Shown: positions 19,366 to 29,600, counted from the first letter of the stretch. The stretch: DNA of 64,000 nucleotides from an uncultured Alphaproteobacteria bacterium (GCA_902524385.1 CABZCZ010000001.1:135941-199940), one strand, 5' to 3'. The notes: generated by a model from the sequence alone, not told the origin. Translations and numbers: made by a program.

Positions 19366-19384
19366 GAGGGGAGTTAATCCCCTC
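19366..19384. terminator. GC-rich hairpin between two minus-strand genes
   Basis: GAGGGGA-gttaa-TCCCCTC, a 7-bp stem with only a modest U-tract. Confidence 0.4.
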
Positions 19385-19404
19385 TAATGAAATTTTTATT
19401 AAAT

Positions 19405-19773
19405 CTATTTTTTCATTGCATTAAACATACTTAAGGTGTCATCATAAGCGATAAATTTCGACAATTTATCATCTTTTACTTCCATGTAGTGTCCAAAAAT
19501 TGTATCCATGCCTTCAGCAGTTGCTTTTGCATTTACAAAAACTTTATCACCTTCACTGATCATTGATTCAATCGTAACCTGAAAATTGGTCCAGAGTTCA
19601 GGAGTTTTCATTAATTGTTGTTGAAAACCTTCTTTATTATGAGTTCCAGAAAATGGATGTTTATCACCTGGATATACCCAAATAAAATCGTCATGTACTA
19701 TATTCATAAAACCTTCCATGTCACCTTTTCCAAAGAGATCGTAACATTGTTCTACTAATGCTTTTGAGTCCAT
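19405..19773 (-). CDS. SnoaL/ketosteroid-isomerase-like protein
   Basis: 122 aa. The N-terminus ...VEQCYDLFGKGDMEGFMNIVHDDFIW is typical of SnoaL-like domains. Confidence 0.65.
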   Translation of the reverse strand: MDSKALVEQCYDLFGKGDMEGFMNIVHDDFIWVYPGDKHPFSGTHNKEGFQQQLMKTPELWTNFQVTIESMISEGDKVFVNAKATAEGMDTIFGHYMEVKDDKLSKFIAYDDTLSMFNAMKK

Positions 19774-19947
19774 AATTTTTCCTTTCTTATGTAATAACTA
19801 AAATACTTTTTTGTTACACATTTTTTACTGTTAGATAAATGCTTTGGAAGCAATATAGACATGATATATTTATATAGCAGAGTCCATTAACAATCTTCTT
19901 AGTTGGTGTTAAGTTAATCGATAATAATTAAATTGAAAGGATACAAA

Positions 19948-20226
19948 ATGTTATATCACTTAAAGTATGTTGTATATGAAGATAAGAAATTAGCTGCACA
20001 AGAGTTATTTAAAAATATGACTCAAGAGGAAAGAGATGTTGAATTTCCTGAGGGAGTAACTAAAATTGCTAGAGTTCATAATTCAGCAAGTGGCTATGGT
20101 TATGTAATCGTAGATCCAGAAAGCCATGAAAAACTTCACGGTTTCATGATGAGTTGGGCGCCAATGTGTACTTTTCCTCAAGTTGAAGCAATGATTGATG
20201 ATGAGGATTTATTAAAAGTTCTGTAA
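19948..20226 (+). CDS. small hypothetical protein (DUF3303-like pattern)
   Basis: Start moved to ATG 19948, preceded by GAAAGGA. 92 aa. The family call is from memory only. Confidence 0.45.
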   Translation: MLYHLKYVVYEDKKLAAQELFKNMTQEERDVEFPEGVTKIARVHNSASGYGYVIVDPESHEKLHGFMMSWAPMCTFPQVEAMIDDEDLLKVL

Positions 20227-20302
20227 TGAAATTATTATGGAGTATGAAATTTTTATATCTAAATAAAAATTCATTAAACTATAAAAACAAAAGAGGAATA
20301 AT

Positions 20303-20785
20303 ATGAAAAATATATTTTTAGTAATCTTAACATTTTCCATTTTTTTAATATTTGGTTCAGCATTTGCTGGTGAAAAATATGAATTTACTGGAACTGCATA
20401 TAATACAAGTGGTTTTGAAGCACCGATAGTAACAGCTAGTGAAGCTCAAATTTGGAATTGGAGCAATGATTCTTTTTGGATTTACGATGATGCTCCAGAA
20501 GGGTGGCCTAAAGAAGTTATGGCAGACTGTAAAGGTAAAGGTATTGCAAATAAGGACGGCATTCCTCTAGCAGGATTTTTTATGTGTACAGTGCATGATA
20601 CTGATGGTGATCTTTTTCTGACAAGTGGAAATTGGGAACCCTCTAAAGGTGGAGGAGATTGGACATTTATTTCGGGAACAGGTAAGTTTGAAGGAGTGAC
20701 TGGTGGAGGTAGCTATTTAAATGGCGTTCAATTTATGGGTGGCGATACCTTAAACTTTGTTACGTCAATAGAAATGCCAAACTAA
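20303..20785 (+). CDS. secreted hypothetical protein
   Basis: 160 aa. Signal peptide MKNIFLVILTFSIFLIFGSAFA. RBS AGAGGA. Confidence 0.55.
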   Translation: MKNIFLVILTFSIFLIFGSAFAGEKYEFTGTAYNTSGFEAPIVTASEAQIWNWSNDSFWIYDDAPEGWPKEVMADCKGKGIANKDGIPLAGFFMCTVHDTDGDLFLTSGNWEPSKGGGDWTFISGTGKFEGVTGGGSYLNGVQFMGGDTLNFVTSIEMPN

Positions 20786-20805
20786 ATTATTTAGAAAGGA
20801 GAAAT

Positions 20806-21108
20806 ATGGTTAGAATACAGTGGATTATGAAACCTTTTCCTGGTCAAAACGATCAGGCAATGGAAAATGTTAAAAAATTTGCAAAGTTATGGAAAGATCA
20901 AGGTGCTAACAAATGCACAATAGCAATTATGTCTGGAAATATGTGGGGTCATATTTCTTTTAATTGTAATTTTGATAATTTTGAACATTTAGGCAAAACC
21001 AGAGACTTAGTTAGAAGTCATTCAGATTTAAAACTTATGATTAATGATGGAAGTAAGCTAGGTGAAATAGTTCAAGAAAACACATATAGTATAGTTGAAA
21101 ATTACTAA
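20806..21108 (+). CDS. small hypothetical protein
   Basis: 100 aa. RBS AAGGAG is upstream. Confidence 0.45.
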   Translation: MVRIQWIMKPFPGQNDQAMENVKKFAKLWKDQGANKCTIAIMSGNMWGHISFNCNFDNFEHLGKTRDLVRSHSDLKLMINDGSKLGEIVQENTYSIVENY

Positions 21109-21142
21109 AACTTTAAATAAAAAATCATAAAGTAGGTGCAAA

Positions 21143-21454
21143 ATGTCATTAATGGTTTGGATCAAAGTTCATATTAAAGAAGGAAAAATGGATGAATATA
21201 TAAACTTACATAACTCACCAAATGGAAGGGCTTACACTTTATCTCAAGAAGGATGCAATAGTATTATTAGATCAATAGATACAGAAAATAAAAATGTTTT
21301 ACATTTAACCGAGGAATGGAGCAGCATGGATGATTGGGATAAATATATAGCTAAAAGAGAAACTGGTGAAGAAGACGACAATTTTTTAAAGAAGATAGAA
21401 AATCTTCTTACCGATAAAGGTCACGAAATCACTTTTTCAGAAATAACTAAATAA
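21143..21454 (+). CDS. small ABM-like protein
   Basis: 103 aa. The N-terminus MVWIKVHIKEGKMDEYI resembles an ABM fold. Confidence 0.45.
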   Translation: MSLMVWIKVHIKEGKMDEYINLHNSPNGRAYTLSQEGCNSIIRSIDTENKNVLHLTEEWSSMDDWDKYIAKRETGEEDDNFLKKIENLLTDKGHEITFSEITK

Positions 21455-21503
21455 ATTGATTTATGTTTGCGACAAAAGAATTTGGCAATAATAAATAGTG
21501 GTT

Positions 21504-21523
21504 TAGCCCTTAAAAAAGGGCTA
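21504..21523. terminator. bidirectional terminator hairpin between convergent genes
   Basis: TAGCCCTT-aaaa-AAGGGCTA, an 8-bp stem in an AT-rich context. Confidence 0.7.
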
Positions 21524-21528
21524 ATTAA

Positions 21529-22011
21529 TTATTGTGGTAATACTACTTTATTAATGACATGAATAACGCCATTTGTAGTTTCAATATCTGCAGTAATTAC
21601 TTCTGCATCATTTACAAAAACTTTACCGTTTTCTGCTTTTACAATTAATTTTTGACCATTAACTGTTACTGCTTCGATGGTTCCAGATATGTCTCCTGAC
21701 ATTACTTTTCCTGAAAGAACATGGTATGTTAAAATTCCTGCTAGAGTACTTTTATTCTCTGGCTTAAGAAGATCATTCAAAGTTGCTTCGTCAATTAGAG
21801 CAAATGCATCGTCTGTTGGTGCAAATACTGTAAAAGGACCCATGCCTTTAAGTGTATCAACTAAGTCAGCTGCTTGTACTGCAGCAACCAATGTATTAAA
21901 CGCGCCAGCTTTAACAGCAGTGTCAACAATATCATGTTTGTGTCCGTCTGCTTTTAAAACATTAGCAAAAAATACGAATGGAATAATTAATGTAATAAAT
22001 ATTTTTTTCAT
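21529..22011 (-). CDS. fasciclin (FAS1) domain protein, secreted
   Basis: 160 aa with a signal peptide. Motifs [17 protein letters not shown] and [12 protein letters not shown]. Confidence 0.9.
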   Translation of the reverse strand: MKKIFITLIIPFVFFANVLKADGHKHDIVDTAVKAGAFNTLVAAVQAADLVDTLKGMGPFTVFAPTDDAFALIDEATLNDLLKPENKSTLAGILTYHVLSGKVMSGDISGTIEAVTVNGQKLIVKAENGKVFVNDAEVITADIETTNGVIHVINKVVLPQ

Positions 22012-22328
22012 AATATTTCCTCTCTAATGATTTTGAAATAGTTAGAAAAAAAATAAAAAAATGTGACAACCTGTACAAAATTAAATTTTTTTAAAATTTT
22101 TTTTTAATTTATTTTTTTTATAAAATAAATTTTTATAAATTTGACTTTTATAAGTATCAATAGTGTGGCGTATGTGTCGTGAACACTTAAGACTAAGGAA
22201 AGATGAATGGTTGATTGGCTAAAGAGGCAGGATAATATAAAAAATAATATAAAATAAAATTTATTTTCAAATATTAATAATATTTAACAAGGTATTTACT
22301 ATTTAAAATAAAGACCTATCTCATCTAT

Positions 22329-22697
22329 ATGCGACAATTTATAGTTGAATGTTGGGATAGTATTATGAACCATGACTTTAATCCATTAAAGCACATCCCT
22401 GACCTACAAGTAAGACACATGGTATTGCAAATATTAGCTTGGATGTGGTGTGTCGCATTCAGTCTTTATGTAGGATCCTGGTATGTAATGGGAGTAACTT
22501 TTGCAACACATTTTCTTCTAATCGCAGCCATTGCTATCACTATTGCTACTTTTAAAATATCTGAGAATGTTTATAAATTTAAAGAGGGTTACCATTCAGC
22601 GAATAGAGCACGAGGTAGCGTTATTTATAGAGATAAATATGGCAATCCTTATAAAGTTGCTTTGCCAAAAAATGATCCAGGTGGAGAACACGACTAA
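22329..22697 (+). CDS. hypothetical membrane protein
   Basis: 122 aa with two hydrophobic segments. The start may instead be ATG 22365 (Met13, MNHDF...). Confidence 0.45.
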   Translation: MRQFIVECWDSIMNHDFNPLKHIPDLQVRHMVLQILAWMWCVAFSLYVGSWYVMGVTFATHFLLIAAIAITIATFKISENVYKFKEGYHSANRARGSVIYRDKYGNPYKVALPKNDPGGEHD

Positions 22698-22775
22698 TTC
22701 TTTTAAATAAGTACTAAGCTCTAACTTGATAGTTTCACAATTAAAATTAATTAATGATTATTCTTAAGAAAATTA

Positions 22776-23192
22776 ATGATTATTAGATTTTATATAAAGA
22801 TTATAGTTGGTTTACTGCTTGTTAAATTTGCATTTGCAGAAGTTATAGATGTCAATGATCAAGAAATGATAAAATTATCAAATGCTAATATTCCAATTGT
22901 AGATATAAGAAGAAATTCAGAGTGGGTTCAAACCGGCGTTATTCCAAATAGTATTTTACTAACTTTTTTTGATGAACAGGGGAATTATAATTTTGATGAA
23001 TGGTACGTAAAATTACAACTAGAAATAAATGTAACTGATCCAATAATCTTACTTTGCAGATCAGGAAAAAGATCTAAGGTAGTCGCTAATATGATAGATG
23101 AGAAATTTAATACTATTATTTACAATGCACAAAGTGGAATCAACTCATGGATTAATAAAAAATTCATAACAGTTGAGCCTAAAGGTAATTAG
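22776..23192 (+). CDS. rhodanese-domain protein, exported
   Basis: 138 aa with a signal-like N-terminus. Active-site loop LLCRSGKRS. Confidence 0.8.
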   Translation: MIIRFYIKIIVGLLLVKFAFAEVIDVNDQEMIKLSNANIPIVDIRRNSEWVQTGVIPNSILLTFFDEQGNYNFDEWYVKLQLEINVTDPIILLCRSGKRSKVVANMIDEKFNTIIYNAQSGINSWINKKFITVEPKGN

Positions 23193-23342
23193 AAAAAGGG
23201 TAACGATAGGCCTTACCACTCACCCAACTGACCTATAAGCAAATTATATCGCAGAATCCTTAATAATCTCCTCTCATGAACAAAAGAAAGTAGTAAGAGT
23301 GATAGAAAAAGGTCAATAACGTAGACAAATACAAAATAAATT

Positions 23343-23951
23343 TTAAGTTTTTACAAATGCATTAAAAGAAAAACATCTTCGCTCGCCATCTTTACGAAAC
23401 GGATGAACATCATGCATTAAAAAAGCAGGAAATATATACATGTCACCGACACGAGGTTTAAAGGTAATACGATGCTTTACCAAAGGAGGGCTATTACGTG
23501 GCATGGAGACACGACCATCAAAAAAAGAGAGTCTTCCAGCAAAAGAGATCTCTTTGTTATATTTAATAGAATTTGGAACTTCAAGATAACACACTCCACT
23601 AACGTTACCTCTATGGATATGTGGGGGATTAAAATCACCAGCAAATTGTCTAACTATCCATGCTCGATCAATTCTAATGGAAGAGGGATTAACCTTAATA
23701 ACGTTTTTGTAATAAGATTCAATAATGCGCTTAAGTTGTTTTTCTAAACCGCTAGTAAAAAGAAAATCTTTTGTTAAGCGAAATTGCTGCTGAACATTTC
23801 CCGCCAAACTATGTGAGTGATCCAATAATTTACTTTTGTGTTTATTTTCAATTATTTTGTTTACAAAAGAATTAACTTTACCAATCATTGTACGTGATAA
23901 ATTATATTTACCTATTGTTGGTCCAAAAGGCTTAAAGTAAGTTTCTTTCAT
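23343..23951 (-). CDS. 2OG-Fe(II)-oxygenase-like protein (TIGR02466-type)
   Basis: 202 aa. Contains FNPPHIH... and a C-terminal FPAFLMHDVHP. The family name is recalled, not searched. Confidence 0.6.
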   Translation of the reverse strand: MKETYFKPFGPTIGKYNLSRTMIGKVNSFVNKIIENKHKSKLLDHSHSLAGNVQQQFRLTKDFLFTSGLEKQLKRIIESYYKNVIKVNPSSIRIDRAWIVRQFAGDFNPPHIHRGNVSGVCYLEVPNSIKYNKEISFAGRLSFFDGRVSMPRNSPPLVKHRITFKPRVGDMYIFPAFLMHDVHPFRKDGERRCFSFNAFVKT

Positions 23952-24126
23952 AGAATATATTTTTTATTAACGATATTTTAATTGCTAAATATGCTTTTTA
24001 TCTTAAATGATTAATATAATAAGACTTTTTTTAAAATCCAAGAAATTCTATTTTACAAGAAACATATAGGAAACTAATTTTTGTTAAAAATTATTATTAA
24101 TATTTAATTAATATTAATTTAATAAA

Positions 24127-24681
24127 ATGTATTATTGTAAAATTATGATTAAATATTTTTTATCAACACTTTTATTATTATCTTTTAGCTGTAACGCTAT
24201 AGAAATAACATCTCCAGCATTTAGTGATGGAGAAAGTATACCAAAAAAGTATGCATGTGAGAAAAGAGGTGGTGAGAATATATCTATTCCAATAAATATC
24301 TCTAATGTCCCTGAAAATGCTAAATCAATTGTATTAATAATGGATGATCCAGATGCAATGAGTCTTGCAGGTAAAATTTGGGTTCATTGGATATTATTTG
24401 ATATCCCAACTGACGTAAACGAATTGCCAGAAATGAAAGATGGAAAAATTGGTATTGGTATGAGTGGCCAAAACAGTAATTATAAAGAAAATTATGATGG
24501 ACCATGTCCTCCGCGCGGAATGCATGTATATAATATTAAAGCTTATGCTCTAGATAAAGAGATAAAAGAGAGCTTTGGAGCATTACCACAAATTGAATTT
24601 GAAAAAAAATATAACGATTCAATCCTCAGTTCTTCAGTTTTATCTGGAAAATATTCAATATTACATGTTTTGAAAAAATAG
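24127..24681 (+). CDS. YbhB/YbcL-family PEBP-like protein
   Basis: Motifs MDDPDA, WVHWILFDIP and YDGPCPPRGMHVYNIKAYALD. The signal-like N-terminus suggests the start could be ATG 24145. Confidence 0.85.
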   Translation: MYYCKIMIKYFLSTLLLLSFSCNAIEITSPAFSDGESIPKKYACEKRGGENISIPINISNVPENAKSIVLIMDDPDAMSLAGKIWVHWILFDIPTDVNELPEMKDGKIGIGMSGQNSNYKENYDGPCPPRGMHVYNIKAYALDKEIKESFGALPQIEFEKKYNDSILSSSVLSGKYSILHVLKK

Positions 24682-24728
24682 GTCCACACAAATTATATAT
24701 TTTGAATGAGTACAAACAAATATTTTAA

Positions 24729-27266
24729 TTAATTATTTCGAATTATTGGATAAACCTTAGGGCTTAAATTATTATATGTATCTAAAATTATTAATGCCAT
24801 TGTAAATATACCAGTAGATAAATAAACTAGAATAATTGAAGATATATCAAGATGCCAATCAATATTAAAAATAAAGTTAACAACTAAGTAGGAAGCTACT
24901 CCGCTTATAAGTAATGTGAGAACTATCGTATTGAAAAATAAAATAGCAAATTCTAGTAAGCTAGTTTTGATAATTTCTATTTTCTTTAATCCTAAAATTT
25001 TAAATACTAAATTTTGATATATTTTATTTTTTCCTTGGACCAAAATGGCACTACTAATGACTAATAAACCAATAAAAATAATTATAACAGCAAGAGCGAT
25101 GACAGCAATGTTAATTTGATTCAATAATTTATTTATTGTTTCAGCATAATTAGAAATTTTGATAGAAGATATGTTTGGAAATTTCTCTAAAAGCGCGTAT
25201 TCTTGAAAGTTGTCTTGATCAGATAGTTTAATCGTTGCAATATATTGATGCGGAATAGTCTCGCCATAGTTTGTATTCAACAGCATCACAAAATTTAATG
25301 TAAAATCTGCATAATCAACATCACGAAAATTTTTAACGATACCAATAATATCACGTCCGTATAGACTTAAGGTAATGCTATCGTTTATTTTAATACCTAA
25401 ATCCTGTGCAGCGTTATAATCAAAAGAAATATACATTTGATCAGTAGGGTTATCTGACCACCATTCACCCTCTACAATAGGATTGTTTTCTGGAGGTTCT
25501 TTCAACCAGGAAAATTGACGCTCGGATCTTATAACCCAATAAGAGGGATTACCTTGATCAATATATGTTGCAGGATCAATACCATTTACCTCTTTTATTC
25601 TCGCTGAAGCTGTAGGAGCAAAAATAAGTTCACTCATTGGATATTCATTAAGAATATACTCTTGAAAGTCACTTTTAATAGATTGATCAATACTAATAAA
25701 AAAGAAGTCAGGTGCTTTTGTGTCTACACTTCTTTTAATAATGTTTTGAAAAGAGCCTGCAATAATAAGAATTGTCAGTAAAAGCGAAATACCCATTCCT
25801 AGTGTTGTTAAAATCAACGGACCAATAGAACTAGGACTGATAAGATTACGCTTTGCTAAAAGTAAATTAAAGTTTGTAATATTCGTTACTTTTCTAAAGA
25901 ACAGATTAAATAGTTTGAATAGACCATAAAAAAGTAAAATAGTAATTAAAAAACCAATTAAAAATATAAAATTATATATCCACAAATTACTACCTAGGGT
26001 GAAGATCGTAATCATTAGAAAAAAAAGAGTTAGTAACACTATAATTGTATTAAAAGAAAATTGTAAACTTACAAATTCATATGTATTACGAAAAAGACTG
26101 TTGGCAGAGAGTTGCTGTATAGAGTTTAATGCTGGAATTAAAAAAATGGTAATCGCAATTAGAGCAATAAATGTAATTTTAAAAAAAATAACAAGATCAC
26201 TACTATTCTGAAGAGAAAAATTTAATTCTTTGGGGAGGAGGGAGTTTATAATTCCAGGACTAAAACTACTGAGTATAAAAGCAATAATACAAATAAAAGA
26301 AGAGATGATAAATATCTGATATGCAAGTATACATTGAATAATACGAGTGCTAAGTCCAAGTGATTTTTGAACAGCTATGGCATTATAGTTTTGATTGATG
26401 TAAGCAATAACCATATTTGAAATACCAATACCTGCAATAAGAATGGCCGCTAAAGATATTAAACTTAAAAAATTAGCAAAATTATCAAGAATACGTTGAA
26501 TAAAACTTGTGGTGTTCTCTGGAAAGCGGATATTAATATTTGATGACTTTGGAAAAAGTTTTTTAAGTTTTTCTTTTCCTCGCTCTTCACTAACAGTATC
26601 AAAATATTTGACCCGGTACTCGTATTCAAAAAAATTCTCTGAGGAAGCAAGTTTTAAAGAGTTTAATCCTAGTTGAGAAATAATAACAAGATCACCAAAT
26701 AAACCACTTGCTCCTAAATCAGGCATTTTCTCTATGATGGAGTGAACCATATAACGTTGATCGCGAATAATTAAATCATCCCCTTCTTGTAATTGTAAAT
26801 TAACGGCTAAGTTTTCATTGATGATTACAAATTCACTACTTTTAAAAAAATCTGATCCCACAGTTCCTCCAGTGGTTATGAACTCGCCGTATAAAGGATA
26901 TAAATCATCAATAACACGTAGCTGCACAAAGGATGTTTTAGGCGGATTTAATTTTTTATTCGCAACCATGGACGTGATTGTTGTATTTAAAGATAATTTT
27001 GCAAAGGTATTTATTTCCTTAATGATATCAGCATCCATTTTTGTATTTTGTAACTCTATTTCTGCATCACCCCCTAAGATCGTTTTGGTATTTGATTTGA
27101 TTTCTTTTAGTAACGATTGATTTAAAGTGTTAATTAGAAATAAAATAAAAACACTGATAAAAATTGTAATAAAAATTGTAATTTTTTTTTGTAAGCTCCT
27201 TTTTAAATCGTTAAGAGCTTGTTTATGAATAAACAGCAGTTGATTAAACAACTGTGCCATTTTCAA
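24729..27266 (-). CDS. ABC transporter permease, duplicated FtsX-type (YbbP-like)
   Basis: 845 aa with two FtsX-like TM bundles separated by large loops. It overlaps the upstream ATPase gene by 23 nt. Confidence 0.85.
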   Translation of the reverse strand: MKMAQLFNQLLFIHKQALNDLKRSLQKKITIFITIFISVFILFLINTLNQSLLKEIKSNTKTILGGDAEIELQNTKMDADIIKEINTFAKLSLNTTITSMVANKKLNPPKTSFVQLRVIDDLYPLYGEFITTGGTVGSDFFKSSEFVIINENLAVNLQLQEGDDLIIRDQRYMVHSIIEKMPDLGASGLFGDLVIISQLGLNSLKLASSENFFEYEYRVKYFDTVSEERGKEKLKKLFPKSSNINIRFPENTTSFIQRILDNFANFLSLISLAAILIAGIGISNMVIAYINQNYNAIAVQKSLGLSTRIIQCILAYQIFIISSFICIIAFILSSFSPGIINSLLPKELNFSLQNSSDLVIFFKITFIALIAITIFLIPALNSIQQLSANSLFRNTYEFVSLQFSFNTIIVLLTLFFLMITIFTLGSNLWIYNFIFLIGFLITILLFYGLFKLFNLFFRKVTNITNFNLLLAKRNLISPSSIGPLILTTLGMGISLLLTILIIAGSFQNIIKRSVDTKAPDFFFISIDQSIKSDFQEYILNEYPMSELIFAPTASARIKEVNGIDPATYIDQGNPSYWVIRSERQFSWLKEPPENNPIVEGEWWSDNPTDQMYISFDYNAAQDLGIKINDSITLSLYGRDIIGIVKNFRDVDYADFTLNFVMLLNTNYGETIPHQYIATIKLSDQDNFQEYALLEKFPNISSIKISNYAETINKLLNQINIAVIALAVIIIFIGLLVISSAILVQGKNKIYQNLVFKILGLKKIEIIKTSLLEFAILFFNTIVLTLLISGVASYLVVNFIFNIDWHLDISSIILVYLSTGIFTMALIILDTYNNLSPKVYPIIRNN

Positions 27267-27909
27267 TTGTCATGATGCGATCACAGCGTTTTGCCAAATC
27301 AGCATCATGCGTGACTAAACAAAGACTTTTTTGATATTTTGTTGCAATGTTAAATATTAATTCAGTAATTACTTCTGTATTTTCATCATCTAGGTTGCCT
27401 GTTGGTTCATCAGCAAGGATTAATTCAGGTTTTTTAATTATGGCTCTTGCAATGGCGACGCGTTGTTGTTCACCACCAGATAATTGACTTGGAAAGTGTT
27501 GAAGACGATCTTCTAATCCTAAATCAACTAAAATTTCTTTTGCTTGGCTTAATGCATCTTTTTGAAAATTAATTTCTAATGGGAGTGCCACGTTCTCTAA
27601 AGCCGTATAATTGGGAATTAAATAAAACGATTGAAATACTATACCAATATTCTTTTTTCTATATTCGGTTAATTGATCTTCGCTGTAAGTCGTTATGTCC
27701 TGATCTTGGTAGGTAATGTTCCCTGACGTAGGCTTTTCTAAACCTGCCATCAACATCAGCAAGGATGTTTTACCAGATCCACTCTTACCAACAATTGCAA
27801 GTTTTTCATTTTGATAGATAGTAAAATCTATTCCTTTGATTACTTCAGTTAAGAGTGTTCCATTTTGATATTGTAAGTGTATATTGGAGAAGCGAAGTAG
27901 GGAATTCAT
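27244..27909 (-). CDS. ABC transporter ATP-binding protein (YbbA/LolD-like)
   Basis: 221 aa. Motifs [23 protein letters not shown] and [11 protein letters not shown]. Confidence 0.9.
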   Translation of the reverse strand: MNSLLRFSNIHLQYQNGTLLTEVIKGIDFTIYQNEKLAIVGKSGSGKTSLLMLMAGLEKPTSGNITYQDQDITTYSEDQLTEYRKKNIGIVFQSFYLIPNYTALENVALPLEINFQKDALSQAKEILVDLGLEDRLQHFPSQLSGGEQQRVAIARAIIKKPELILADEPTGNLDDENTEVITELIFNIATKYQKSLCLVTHDADLAKRCDRIMTIENGTVV

Positions 27910-28513
27910 GAAAAAAATCGTCTATATTTTAATTTTTCTTATAAGTCCATTATCATTGCAAGCACAAGACTATAAGATTATTCTTTTTGGTGATTCCTTG
28001 ATGGCTGGTTACGGTTTAGACAGTGCGGATCATCTCAACCTATACTTAGAAAAAGATTTGCAATCGCTAAACATACAAAGCAGTATTACAAATGCTTCTG
28101 TATCAGGTGATACGACAAGTGGCGGATTAAATAGATTAAATTGGAGTCTGCAAGATGACTATGATTTGTTTGTACTCGGATTAGGTGCAAATGATATGCT
28201 TAGAGGTATTGCGCCAGAGATCACAAAAACTAATTTATCAAAAATTATTGATACAGTTTTAGATAAAGACATAAAACTCTTGCTAACTGGTATGCAGGCA
28301 CCAAACTCATATGGATCTGATTATCAACAATCATTTAATGATATTTACCCAAATTTAGCAGAAGAATTTAAAATATCTTTATATCCTTTTCTTTTAGAAG
28401 GCGTGGCACTAATACCAGAATTAAATCAATCTGATGGAAAACATCCAAATAAAGAAGGCATACAAATAATTAGTAAGAATTTGGCGGATACAATAAAGAG
28501 TATAATAAATTAA
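27908..28513 (+). CDS. tesA: SGNH/GDSL arylesterase-lysophospholipase (TesA-like)
   Basis: Signal peptide followed by the LFGDSLMAGYG block I, GANDMLRG, and DGKHPN block V. It is divergent from ybbA-ybbP, as in E. coli. Confidence 0.8.
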   Translation: MKKIVYILIFLISPLSLQAQDYKIILFGDSLMAGYGLDSADHLNLYLEKDLQSLNIQSSITNASVSGDTTSGGLNRLNWSLQDDYDLFVLGLGANDMLRGIAPEITKTNLSKIIDTVLDKDIKLLLTGMQAPNSYGSDYQQSFNDIYPNLAEEFKISLYPFLLEGVALIPELNQSDGKHPNKEGIQIISKNLADTIKSIIN

Positions 28514-28588
28514 TATCATTGTTCACTTATTTCAAATCTTGTAGCGTGAGCTTTTTATTTGGTTGATAAAAACCTTTCTCAAAAAAAT

Positions 28589-29005
28589 CTATAAATATAT
28601 TTTGTTTGATAAACCGTAAATTAAGATTACTGAAATAATAAAAGCAGCAAAAGAAAATGTTAGATCTATGATACTATTTTTTGCGCCTATGTCTTTATCA
28701 ATAAATTTAAAATAAAACATGAGATCATAAATTAGCTGAGCGGTTGCGACTAAAAAAAATAAATTATAAAAAACCCAAGTACCTTCTGGCCCATTGGGTC
28801 TAAAAAGAATATAAATACCCATAAAAACAAAGCCAAAAATAAAAGTTCCTACATAGCGCATTGGCAATATTCCACTTTGATCTACGTTATATTCTTTTAC
28901 TATTCCTTGAGGAAAGAAAAAAATTCTAATTAAAAAAATACTTAGAAGACCTATTATGGCTAGATGTAAAACTAAAAAGAGTAGATTATTAAAATTTTCA
29001 ATCAT
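28589..29005 (-). CDS. 4-TM membrane protein, paralogue family (copy 1)
   Basis: 138 aa. It shares M.E.FN..., ILF..GPEGTW.F and IIYGL..KIYL with 44482-44898 and, more loosely, with 44051-44461. Confidence 0.6.
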   Translation of the reverse strand: MIENFNNLLFLVLHLAIIGLLSIFLIRIFFFPQGIVKEYNVDQSGILPMRYVGTFIFGFVFMGIYILFRPNGPEGTWVFYNLFFLVATAQLIYDLMFYFKFIDKDIGAKNSIIDLTFSFAAFIISVILIYGLSNKIYL

Positions 29006-29201
29006 ATTTTCTTTTATCAGACATTACTGAAATATCATATTCAAAAGTAGATCATATATAAATCAAAATTGATCAAAATTAGATAAAACCAATATCATTT
29101 TTTTATAATAATAGTTTTTAGTTATATTTTAAATAGATTTATCCAGTTCTATGATAAGCTTCTTCAAAAACCTCGACTTTTAATTATAGTTTAATTATCA
29201 C

Positions 29202-29540
29202 TTAAGCTGGATCACCTTTAGCAGTAATTTGTTGAATCGCCTTATCATCTCTAAATTTAACAAACCACATAACTATACCTTTTCCAGTATCCCACTACTG
29301 TAATACGCTTATTACAAGTAAGTCATCTGATGAATGGTGAACTTCCGGTGTTAATTTTATTGATGTACCTATGCTACTTATTCTTTCTAGAATTACTTGT
29401 TTAGATTGAATAGTTTTTTGCGGACCTTTTGTAAGAGATCGCAACTCAAATTTATCATCCATCAAACTTGGTAAAGTTTCACGGTCTAAGTTGCTCATAT
29501 AATCAAACCACGCTTTTTTATATTTCTCTCCTAAATTCAT
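29202..29540 (-). pseudogene. NTF2-like gene interrupted by an in-frame TAG
   Basis: The 81-codon ORF ends at TAG (29295-29297). The same frame continues WDTGKGIVMWFVKFRDDKAIQQITAKGDPA* to 29202. This restores the full 113-114 codon length of the paralogue at 10515-10859. Confidence 0.6.
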
Positions 29541-29600
29541 TTTTTTATGATAAATTTTTTATTTAAAATTGCTATAATAAAATTAGAAAATAATCTTAGT

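Noticed and set aside
21677-22027. 116-aa plus-strand ORF.
   Set aside because: It is antisense to the clearly recognisable fasciclin gene and has Ala/Ser/Val-rich shadow composition.
22161-22232. G+C-richer patch in a 317-nt spacer, downstream of a TTGACT hexamer, considered as a possible sRNA or leader peptide (MCREHLRLRKDEWLIG).
   Set aside because: There is no properly spaced -10 element, no terminator and no convincing secondary structure. I cannot support it without conservation or expression data.
23193-23342. 150-nt convergent spacer with elevated G+C and a minus-strand string GGTGAGTGGTAAGGCC reminiscent of a class II tRNA D-arm.
   Set aside because: No acceptor stem, anticodon arm or T-arm (GTTCGAATC-type) can be folded, so it is not a tRNA. 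It might be a tRNA or att scar, but that is unsupported.
24320-27120. Small ORFs inside or antisense to the PEBP and ybbP genes (24320-24505-, 25999-26211+, 26465-26650-, 26818-27120+).
   Set aside because: They are shadow frames within well-supported genes.
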